Shown one piece after another: positions 53,770 through 64,000 of a DNA stretch of 64,000 nt (positions are counted from its first letter, which is position 1; every line of letters begins with the position of its first letter). A model generated the notes under the pieces. That model made no database searches. It saw only the letters and a program-made list of their open reading frames with translations, and was not told the origin of the DNA. Origin of the DNA: Macrostomum lignano (Eukaryota); NCBI GenBank assembly GCA_002269645.1, contig NIVC01002063.1, positions 1 through 64,000 on the forward strand. Reading direction: 5' to 3'. The position numbers and the translations under genes are program-made.

Positions 53770-54195
53770 ATGTCTCAAATATCAATAGTTGTTTTGAGAT
53801 TTCTTCTTTTAGTAGCAGCCATATGGTCGGCAGTATTTCTGACAATTGCTAGCGGAACTAAATCTGGTGGCGGAGTTCTGATGCAATTGAACTCCGGGCA
53901 AGGCGACTTTGCACCTGGCTTTCACCCCATCGACTCGCTGGGCAGGTAATTAACGTCAGCTTCATTAGTGCAATAAAGCTTCAATATCTCGAATATCAAC
54001 TTTAAAAAAATTACCATGCAGTATTCACATTGCCCATGTCTTTAACTTACTGTGTCACTCTCTCTTGGTACTCTGTCTCTCAATTACTGTTTCACTCTCT
54101 CTCTCTCTCTCTCTTGGCACTCTGTCTCTCATTTAATGTGTCACTCTCTCTTTCTCTATCTCTCTGGTCACTCTGTCTCTCATTTACTGTGTCAC

Positions 54196-54243
<48 letters not shown>

Positions 54244-57200
54244 CACTCTGTCTCTCAAATACTGTGTCACTCTCTCTTGGCACTCTGTCTCTTAATTACT
54301 GTGTCACTCTCAATTACTGTGTCACTCTCAATTACTGTGTCACTCTCAATTACTGTGTCATTCTCTCTGTCTTGACTCTCTCTAAGCAGCCTCTCAATCG
54401 CTCAGCAGTACCACAACAAACCCTGCATTGCAGACAGCACTCGGAGAGCAAGCTTCTTGACACCAATGAGTCGATCACCCTGACTGCTATCTTAGATGAC
54501 CTGCTCTCCAAATATGATAAACGAATTCGTCCCGGTTATATTAACGCTAAAAGTAAGAGGTCTCTAGCTCTGCTTGAGAGGCTCTGAGTTTAGCCTTCGT
54601 TTTTATTTGAGAACCTGTGATGATCTGTTTATGTGATTAGATCCGATCTGTTTATGTGATTAGATCCGATCTGTTTATGTGATTAGATCCGATCTGTTTA
54701 TGTGATTAGATCCGATCTGTTTATGTGATTAGATCTCATCTGTTTATGTGATTAGATCTCATCTGTTTATGTGATTAGATCTCATCTGTTTATGTGATTA
54801 GATCTCATCTGTTTATGTGATTAGATCTCATCTGTTTATGTGATTAGATCCGATCTGTTTATGTGATTAGATCTCATCTGTTTATGTGATTAGATCCGAT
54901 CTGTTTGTGTGCTTAGATCCGATCTGTTTATGTGATTAGATCTCATCTGTTTATGTGATTAGATCCGATCTGTTTATGTGATTAGACCGCATCTGTTTGT
55001 GTGATTAGATCCGATCTGTTTATGTGATTAGACCGCATCTGTTTGTGTGATTAGATCCGATCTGTTTATGTGATTAGATCCGATCTGTTTATGTGATTAG
55101 ATCCGATTTGTTTATGTGCTTAGATCCGATCTGTTTATGTGATTAGACCGCATCTGTTTGTGTGATTAGATCCGATCTGTTTATGTGATTAGATCCGATC
55201 TGTTTATGTGATTAGATCCGATTTGTTTATGTGCTTAGATCCGATCTGTTTGTGTGATTAGACCGAATCCGTTTGTGTGATTAGATCTCATCTGTTTGTG
55301 TGATTAGATTAGATTTGTTTGTGTGATTAGATTAGATTTGTTTGTGTGATTAGATTAGATTTGTTTGTGTGATTAGATTAGATTTGTTTATGTGATTAGA
55401 TCTCATCTGTTTATATGATTAGATCTCATCTGTTTATGTGATTAGATCCGATTTGTTTATATGATTAGATCTCATCTGTTTATGTGATTAGATCTCATCT
55501 GTTTATATGATTAGATCTCATCTGTTTATGTGATTAGATCTCATCTGTTTATGTGATTAGATCCGATCTGTTTATGTGATTAGATCCGATTTGTTTATGT
55601 GATTAGATTTGCTTATGTGATTAGATCCGATCTGTTTAACGTATTCGAGAGGACCTCAAGCGTATGTTTCGCATCCCTTGAATTCTACTATTGAAATGTA
55701 GAGAGCGAAAATCAGTTCAATTAACGAGAAATGTGTAGTTTAAATGCAAATTTTTGTAATCTGTTTTCCTTAAAGCAAAGATTTTTTAAGCTGACTTCGA
55801 AAGTAACGTTTGTAGACAGGAAAACCAAATGAAATAATTAATGGAACCGAAATAAAATATTTTGTGATTAAACAGTATACCATGGGTGCCATTGTTGGTG
55901 ACTACAGAAAACTAGAGGTATTTTAGGATATGAATAAACAAAACACTATGCAATTGACACACGGGAGATTTTATACACTATAATGAATGCTGTAAAGGTT
56001 GAGATTAGATTCGGTAAAATAAGATACACAATGATATTATGAGATTATGGGCAAATGCGATAGCTCGTATGGGGTGGTATTAAGTTTACCAGCTTTAGCA
56101 CCAGGGGCTTTAGCACCAGGGGCTTTAGCACCAGGGGCGTCATATACTTTTCCCAGCCATTAGGGGGGGGGGGGGTCGCCGCCTTGCCCACCTGTGGCTA
56201 TGCCCCCAGAAATAAGTGCACACCAGGAAAACATGGGCCTATAAAATGCAAAACTCAATTCATGGAAACTTAGAGATAAATTGGCCCATATTGCAAGGTT
56301 TCTACTTAAAAAAAAGCAGATAGTTTGAGCAGAATCAAGATGACGTTATAGAATAATAACACTGGCATGAAAGAGTTGCACTATATACAAGTGCATCTCG
56401 CTTTGAGCTAAAAAGTTGTGACACATGCCTCCACTGCATGTACGCGGTGAGTAGCTCCGTTCCCATCGTTGCCCTGGAAGCCACGGCTCAACAGCCACTC
56501 TACCTTCTCGCTAGTCGCTATCCCATTCTGCCATTTCTGATTGTCATCCCTGCAGAGGCGGTGCTGCAACTGCATAAACCAAGGAGTTCTAAATCCTAGC
56601 GATCTACTAATAGTGTCTGGGTATTCAGAAAATGAGCACCATGTCCTTAAAGAATGGTTTCATAGTTCCAATTTGGGAGATAATTCTGATATGTACTGCA
56701 CGGAAGTCGATGTTTAAGTAAAATTTTAATGACCTAAAAAATTAAAATTTTAAGAATTTTAGGAAATTTTAAGAAAGAGAGATAGAAAGAGAGAGAAAGA
56801 GAGAGAAAGAGAGAAAAAAAGAGAAAGAGAGGGAGAGAGAGAGAGAGAGAGAAAAAGAGAGAAAGAGAGGGAGAGAGAGAGAGAGAGAGAAAGAGAAAAA
56901 GAGAAAAAGAGAGAGAGAGAAAGAGAGAGAAAGAGAGAAAAGGAGAGAGTGAGAAAGAGAGAAAGAGAGAGAAAGAGAGAGAGTGAGAAAGAGAGAGAGT
57001 GAGAAAGAGAGAGAAAGAGAGAGAAAGAGAGAAAAAAAGAGAAAGAGAGGGAGAGAGAGAGAGAGAGAGAAAAAGAGAGAAAGAGAGGGAGAGAGAGAGA
57101 GAGAGAGAAAGAGAAAAAGAGAAAAAGAGAGAGAGAGAAAGAGAGAGAAAGAGAGAAAAGGAGAGAGTGAGAAAGAGAGAAAGAGAGAGAAAGAGAGAGA

Positions 57201-57494
57201 GTGAGAAAGAGAGAGAGTGAGAAAGAGAGAGAAAGAGAGAGAAAGAGAGAGAGTGAGAAAGAGAGAGAAAGAGAGAGAGTGAGAAAGAGAGAGAAAGAGA
57301 GAGAAAGAGAGAGAGTGAGAAAGAGAGAGAAAGAGAGAGAAAGAGAGAGAGTGAGAAAGAGAGAGAAAGAGAGAGAGTGAGAAAGAGAGAGAAAGAGAGA
57401 GAAAGAGAGAGAAAGAGAGAAAGAGAGAAAGTGAGAAATAGAGAGAAAGTGAGAAATAGAGAGAAAGTGAGAAAGAGAGAAAGGAAAGAGAGAA

Positions 57495-57544
<50 letters not shown>

Positions 57545-59554
57545 TGAGAAAGAGAGAGAAAGTCAGAGAGAGAAAAAGAGAGAAAGAGAGAAAGAGAGAA
57601 ATAGAGAAATAGAGAAAGATAGAAAGAGAGAAAGTGAGAAAGAGAGAAAGTGAGAAAGAGAGAAAGTGAGAAAGAGAGAAAGTGAGAAAGAGAGAAAGTG
57701 AGAAAGAGAGAAAGTGAGAAATAGAGAAAGTGAGAAATAGAGAGAAAGTGAGAAAGAGAGAAAGTGAGAAAGAGAGAAAGAGAGAAAGAGAGAAAGTGAG
57801 AAATAGAGAGAAAGTGAGAAAGAGAGAAAGTGAGAAATAGAGTGAAAGAGAGAAAGAGAGAAAGAGAGAAAGTGAGAAAGAGAGAAATAGAGAAATAGAG
57901 AAAGAGAGAAAGAGAGAAAGTGAGAAAGAGAGAAAGTGAGAAAGAGAGAAAGTGAGAAAGAGAGAAAGTGAGAAAGAGAGAAAGTGAGAAAGAGAGAGAA
58001 AGTGAGAAAGAGAGAAAGTGAGACAGTGAGAAATAGAGAAATAGAGAAAGAGAGAAAGAGAGAAAGAGAGAAAGAGAGAAATAGAGAGAAAGTGAGAAAG
58101 AGAGAAAGTGAGAAAGAGAGAGAGAGAAAGTGAGAAATAGAGAGAAAGTGAGAAAGAGAGAAAGTGAGAAAGAGAGAAAGAGAGAAATAGAGAAAGAGAG
58201 AAAGAGAGAAAGTGAGAAATAGAGAGAAAGTGAGAAAGAGAGAAAGTGAGAAAGTGAGAAATAGAGAAATAGAGAAAGAGAGAAAGAGAGAAAGTGAGAA
58301 AGAGAGAAAGAGAGAAAGAGAGAAAGAGAGAAAGAGAGAAAGAGAGAAATAGAGAGAAAGTGAGAAAGAGAGAAAGTGAGAAAGAGAGAAAGTGAGAAAT
58401 AGAGAGAAAGTGAGAAAGAGAGAAAGTGAGAAAGAGAGATAGAGAGAAATAGAGAAAGTGAGAAATAGAGAGAAAGTGAGAAAGAGAGAAAGTGAAAAAT
58501 AGAGAGAAAGTGAGAAAGAAAGAAATAGAGATAAAGTGAGAAAGAGAGAAAGAGAGAAAGTGAGAAAGAGAGAAAGAGAGAAAGTGAGAAAGAGAGAAAG
58601 AGAGAAAGTGAGAAAGAGAGAAAGTGAGAAATAGAGAGAAAGTGAGAAAGAGAGAAAGTGAGAAAGAGAGAAAGAGAGAAAGAGAGAAATAGAGAGAAAG
58701 TGAGAAAGAGAGAAAGTGAGAAAGTGAGAAATAGAGAAATAGAGAAAGAGAGAAAGAGAGAAAGTGAGAAAGAGAGAAAGTGAGAAAGAGAGAAAGAGAG
58801 AAATAGAGAGAAAGTGAGAAAGAGAGAAAGTTAGAAAGAGAGAAAGTGAGAAATAGAGAAATAGAGAAAGAGAGAAAGAGAGAAAGTGAGAAAGAGAGAA
58901 AGTGGGAAAGAGAGAAAGTGAGAAAGTGAGAAATAGAGAGAAAGTGAGAAAGAGAGAAAGAGAGAAAGTGAGAAATAGAGAGAAAGTGAGAAAGAGAGAA
59001 AGTGAGAAAGAGAGAAAGAGACAAAGTGAGAAAGAGAGAAATAGAGAAATAGAGAAAAAGAGAAAGAGAGAAAGTGAGAAAGAGAGAAAGAGAGAAAGTG
59101 AGAAAGAGAGAAATAGAGAAATAGAGAAAGAGAGAAAGAGAGAAAGAGAGAAAGTGAGAAAGAGAGAAAGTGAGAAAGAGAGAAAGTGAGAAAGAGAGAA
59201 AGAGAGAAATAGAGAGAAAGTGAGAAAGAGAGAAAGTGAGAAAGAGAGAAAGAGACAAAGTGAGAAAGAGAGAAATAGAGAAATAGAGAAAGAGAGAAAG
59301 AGAGAAAGTGAGAAAGAGAGAAAGAGAGAAAGTGAGAAAGAGAGAAATAGAGAAATAGAGAAAGAGAGAAAGAGAGAAAGTGAGAAAGAGAGAAAGTGAG
59401 AAAGAGAGAAAGAGAGAAATAGAGAGAAAGTGAGAAAGAGAGAAAGTGAGAAATAGAGAGAAAGTGAGAAAGAGAGAAAGTGAGAAATAGAGAGAAAGAG
59501 AGAAAGAGAGAAAGTGAGAAATAGAGAGAAAGAGAGAAAGAGAGAAAGTGAGAA

Positions 59555-59585
<31 letters not shown>

Positions 59586-59723
59586 AAGAGAGAGAGTGAG
59601 AAAGAGAGAGAAAGAGAGAGAGTGAGAAAGAGAGAGAAAGTCAGAGAGAGAGAAAGAAAGAAAGAGAGAAAGAGAGAAAGAGAGAAAGAGAGAAATAGAG
59701 AAAGAGAGAAATAGAGAGAAAGT

Positions 59724-59773
<50 letters not shown>

Positions 59774-59796
59774 GAGAGAAAGAGAGAAAGTGAGAA

Positions 59797-59869
<73 letters not shown>

Positions 59870-61258
59870 TGGAGAGGCGTTGCCGCTGGCATCCTTCTTT
59901 GTGCTGATGTCTATGGCCGAACTACGAACTTGTTCAGCCTAACTATCAACCAAGGACCACTGTAGTACAACAGGACGTAAAACTTAAAGATCGTGTAATT
60001 TCTTTGGAGCCCTATTTCTGGGAAAAAATACACTGCGGAGACAGGAAAAAATTTGAAACTAAACTAAAACTTCATTTGTGATGGAAAGATTTCCAACTCT
60101 ACCTTGGGCTTATGAAATAAAAAGAAGATCAAACTATCACTACAAAATATACAAAATACAACACAGTAACATATTGTGCATGCTAAATAAAATATAAATG
60201 AAGTAAAAGATAAAGTTAAAATAAAAGATATACCTTTTCTTGCTTATCAACTTGCCTGACCAAAGCATTATCAGTATTGTACCATAGACATTTATGACGA
60301 AGTCAGACTACCAGGAGCCTCCCAGCTTTGACCATAGACTATTTTCTGCTTGCCATCATTTGCCATTCATAGCAGACAATATGTTCGTCTATGACGCAAC
60401 TGAGACCTGGGGCTCTCGACCATAGACTATAAAGCCAGTCAACTGAAAAAATCGTTTGTGTTATCTAGGATAGGATACTATACATCTACAAGTTTTTCCT
60501 TAACCAGCACCATTGCAACATCGCTTTTGCAGAGCAGCAACCGGTCAATGTGAATATCAGCGTAAGAATCTCTTCTGTTAGCTCCATATCCGAAGTTAAT
60601 ATGGTAAATTTGTTTTTATGTTATGGACTTCTTAGTATACTACAAATAGATTCATATCCCTCATGAGATCACTCCAATCTCCCATGAGATCACTCTAATC
60701 TCCCATGAGATCACTCCAATCTCCCATGAGATCACTCTAATCTCCCATGAGATCACTCCAATCTCCCGTGATATCACTCTAACCTCCCATGAGATCACTC
60801 CAATCTCTCATTAAATCACTTGAATCTCCTATTAGATCACTCCTGTCTCCCATTAGATCACTCCAATCTTCCATGGGATTACTCTAATCTTCAATGAGAT
60901 CACTCCCATACCCCATTAGATCACTCTAACTTCCGTACCATGATGTTCTTATAGATCATATATAACTTACATTTTATCTATCAAATTAAACACTTACCAC
61001 AAAAAATCTGCAGGATTTCACGGTCGACATGTACTTTCGGCAGCGCTGGCAGGACAAGAGGCTGGCGTTCGCTCACTACCTCAAAGGTCGCGAAGACGAA
61101 CTGGACGAGAGTGTGAACATTGCGGAGGAGATGCTGCACAAGATCTGGTGGCCTGACACCTTCTTTGCCAATGCTAAAAAGTCAGAATTCCATCACGCCA
61201 CAACTAGGAATGCATTTCTAAGAATTGACAGCATGGGCAATGTCTTTCATAGTCTCAG
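53770..61258 (+). CDS. Cys-loop ligand-gated anion channel, GABA receptor Rdl-like; exons 53770-53945, 54434-54552, 60533-60603, 61014-61258; continues beyond the window
   Basis: Signal peptide, then ILDDLLSKYDKRIRPG, PVNVNISVRISSVSSISEVNM|DFTVDMYFRQRWQDKRLAF and KIWWPDTFFANAKKSEFHHATTRNAFLRIDSMGNVFHSLR (Rdl: IWVPDTFF.NEKQSYFHIATTSNEFIR). Phases join. Confidence 0.85.
54618..55638. repeat. 23-bp minisatellite (atctgtttatgtgattagatccg) in GABA-R intron 2
   Basis: Direct reading. Confidence 0.95.
56770..59870. repeat. About 3.1-kb near-pure polypurine (GA/GAGAAA/GTGAGAAA) tract in GABA-R intron 2
   Basis: Direct reading. Confidence 0.98.
60660..60930. repeat. 21-bp minisatellite (catgagatcactccaatctcc) in GABA-R intron 3
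   Basis: Direct reading. Confidence 0.88.
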
Positions 61259-61319
61259 GTGAGTTCGTTACATTTAGGGTGTTTTTTTGTGATCCCAATT
61301 CGGTAATCCTGAAATTGTT

Positions 61320-62175
61320 CTCATCCCTGTTTATCTGATCCCTGTTTATCTGATCCCTGTTTATCTGATCCCTGTTTATCTGATCCCTGTTTATCTGATC
61401 CCTGTTTATCTGATCCATATTTTATCTGATCCCTGTTTATCTGATCCATATGTTTATCTGATCCCTGTTTATCTAATCCATATGTTTATCATGTTTATCT
61501 GATCCCTGTTTATCTGATCCATATGTTTATCTGATCCATATGTTTATCTGATCCCTGTTTATCTGATCCCTGTTTATCTGATCCATATGTTTATCTGATT
61601 CCTGTTTATCTGATCCCTGTTTATCTGACCCATATGTTTATCTGATCCCTGTTTATCTGATCCCTGTTTATCTGACCCATATGTTTATCTGATCCCTGTT
61701 TATCTGATCCCTGTTTATCTGACCCATATGTTTATCTGATCCCTGTTTATCTGATCCCTGTTTATCTGACCCATATATTTATCTGATCCCTGTTTATCTG
61801 ATCCATATGTTTATCTGATCCCTGTTTATCTGATCCCTGTTTATCTGATCCCTGTTTATCTGATCCCTGTTTATCTGATCCCTGTTTATCTGATCCCTGT
61901 TTATCTGATCCCTGTTTATCTGATCCCTGTTTATCTGATCCCTGTTTATCTGATCCCTGTTTATCTGATCCCTGTTTATCTGATCCCTGTTTATCTGATC
62001 CCTGTTTATCTGATCCATATGTTTATCTAATCCATATGTTTATCTGATCCCTGTTTATCTGATCCCTGTTTATCTGATCCCTGTTTATCTGATCCATATG
62101 TTTATCTAATCCATATGTTTATCTGATCCCTGTTTATCTGATCCCTGTTTATCTGATCCCTGTTTATCTGATCCC
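61320..62175. repeat. 15-bp minisatellite (atccctgtttatctg) in GABA-R intron 4
   Basis: Direct reading; spurious DQINR ORFs. Confidence 0.95.
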
Positions 62176-62924
62176 TCTTTTCATACTCCCCGATCTTCTC
62201 ATCCCTTCAAACCCCATGCTTTTAAACTCTTCCATATCGATTTTCTGTCTTCGAAAAAACCACATTGGAAAAAAACTTTTGTCAAAGATTTCAAAACTGC
62301 CACTTTCCTATAGAAGTAAAGTGTGTAGAAAGCATTCCTATAGAGCTCTTAACAGTGTTGCTTTTTACACAAAAAAATTATAAAAGGAAAAAATTCTACT
62401 GAACAAAGGAAAAAGTATGTTTCTCCATAGTGAGAACAATAAGAGTAGCGCTTTCGGTTCGACTAAAAAGTTTTCCGTTGTTTCTTAGAATTCCGTCATT
62501 CATCTCTGACGGTCTCTTAGATTCCCGAAAAAGTTTTACCTGCAACTCCACCGCCATTGTTGTCTGCTAGAGTTTCGGTTTTAACGGACTAGGGTGGATC
62601 TTATTGGGGAATCCAGAAAGCAGTATAAAAGAATGATTGCTTTACATCTTTAGCGCGCTGCTTTTGTTCCTCGGGTTGAACTTGTAGATGGATCTGGTCT
62701 TGTGGCTGTCTTCACTCTCCCGATCCTTCCAGCTTTTCTTCTTCCCGTCACTTTCCTGAGCTCTTTCTTGTCATCATCCGAGGCCCAGACTTTCCTTTTC
62801 CCGTCTGTCTGCTGAGCCGGCTTCTTTTCACTGATTGCCGTCTCCTGCTTCTCCTGGTGTCTTTCTGCCTACGCTGCATGCTACTAACCTCCTCTGCATT
62901 GCCTCTCAGAGCTCTTTCACCCCC

Positions 62925-63110
62925 TCTTTTCCCTCTCCCTCTCCCTCTCCCTCTTCCTCTCCCTCTCCCTCTCCCTCTCCCTCTCCCTCTCCCTCTCCCT
63001 CTCCCTCTCCCTCTCCCTCTCCCTCTCTCTCTCCCTCTCCCTCTCCCTCTCCCTCTCTCTCCCTCTCCCTCTCCCTCTCCCTCTCCCTCTCCCTCTCTCT
63101 TTCTCCCTTT
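62925..63110. repeat. (CTCTCC)n microsatellite
   Basis: Direct reading. Confidence 0.95.
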
Positions 63111-63864
63111 CCCTCCTTCTCTTCCTCTCCCCCATCTCTCTTCCTCCCTCGCTTACCCTCTTTCTCCCACTCTACCTTTCCCTCTCTCTACTCCTGACCT
63201 GCCTCACCCTCTCTCCCCAGTCGCAACCGCACACAGAAATAGACATGAGTATCGCAGACACAGGAAAATCAAATATCAAGTCAGTAACGAGACAGTGTAA
63301 ATGAAATCAACAAGTACTACATGCTCGTTTTAGTCATCCAGGTCTTCTCCTTATTACCCTTAATCCACAAGTCCTTAATCCCGTCTATAATTCCCCTGGG
63401 CATCTAATAGTTATTTAACCAACCACATAGTAACCGGGCTTAACCAAGCGAACACATCCGTATATTCGTATCAACAGCAAGCAGTTATCGGGTGAGCAAA
63501 ATTCTCCCAATCATGCAACCTGAGGTGCTTACTCCAGCATTTCTCCACTTACTCAGTTAGTTGGGATGAAGAAAAACTATTTTTCCTTTATTTCCCCGCG
63601 GTTTCCCTAACCGAAATGGTATTACTTGTTTTAATAAAGGAACTTTTCTGGCACTATATAGCATTATTTGTCACGCATGACCACACAGTCATATACTGTC
63701 CTTATAATACCGCATTTTCCCGGCAATATTTCTTCTATAAACTGTTTCATAAACGGAATTGAGGAACTTTCTTAAAGTAAGAAAATAGAAACAGTTGTGA
63801 GACTAAACGCAGCCCGCATCTCATTTGCATAGAAGCTTTGTAAAGTTTTTTAAACCGAATAACC

Positions 63865-64000
63865 CGAATCTCACTTCATGAATCTCAGTTCATGAGTCTC
63901 AGTTCATGAATCTCAGTTCATGAATCTTACTTCATGAATCTCAGTTCATGGATCTTACTTCATGAATCTCAGTTCATGAATCTCGCTTCATGAATCTCAG
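63865..64000. repeat. 14-bp minisatellite (catgaatctcagtt), runs off the window end
   Basis: Direct reading. Confidence 0.9.

Noticed and set aside
62600-62870. Charged, coding-like stretch on the minus strand within the GABA-R intron
   Set aside because: Stops or frame breaks in all frames, no splice context or recognisable domain.

Overview
Eukaryotic (metazoan) genomic DNA, not prokaryotic. It has GT-AG spliced genes and introns or intergenic spaces packed with mini- and microsatellites. This architecture is reminiscent of the flatworm Macrostomum, which is an inference only. Gene models were assembled by hand from splice sites and reading-frame phase. In order they are: the 3' end of an HHAT-like MBOAT gene, an intronless frameshifted ankyrin/TRPV-like channel (-), a complete 6-exon HHAT-like MBOAT (+), BMI1/PCGF (+), a 3-exon globin (-), an FBXO16-like F-box gene with a 12-nt microexon and a long acidic/poly-Lys repeat tail (+), a 3-exon vasopressin/oxytocin-family precursor (nonapeptide CFINNCPPG-GKR plus a 14-Cys neurophysin) (-), a PTB-like orphan (+), ZNF800-like (-), and the 5' half of an Rdl-like GABA-gated Cys-loop channel (+). 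Mobile DNA includes a Gypsy pol relic, a 2.2-kb solo-LTR-like insert with a 4-bp TSD, a mariner relic split by a 9-bp-TSD insertion, several MITE-like foldbacks, and an RTE-like LINE 3' end. The most notable items are the oxytocin/vasopressin-type gene, which the ORF track largely misses, and the F-box charge-block tail. There is no CRISPR array or bacterial-type system. Repeat boundaries are approximate.
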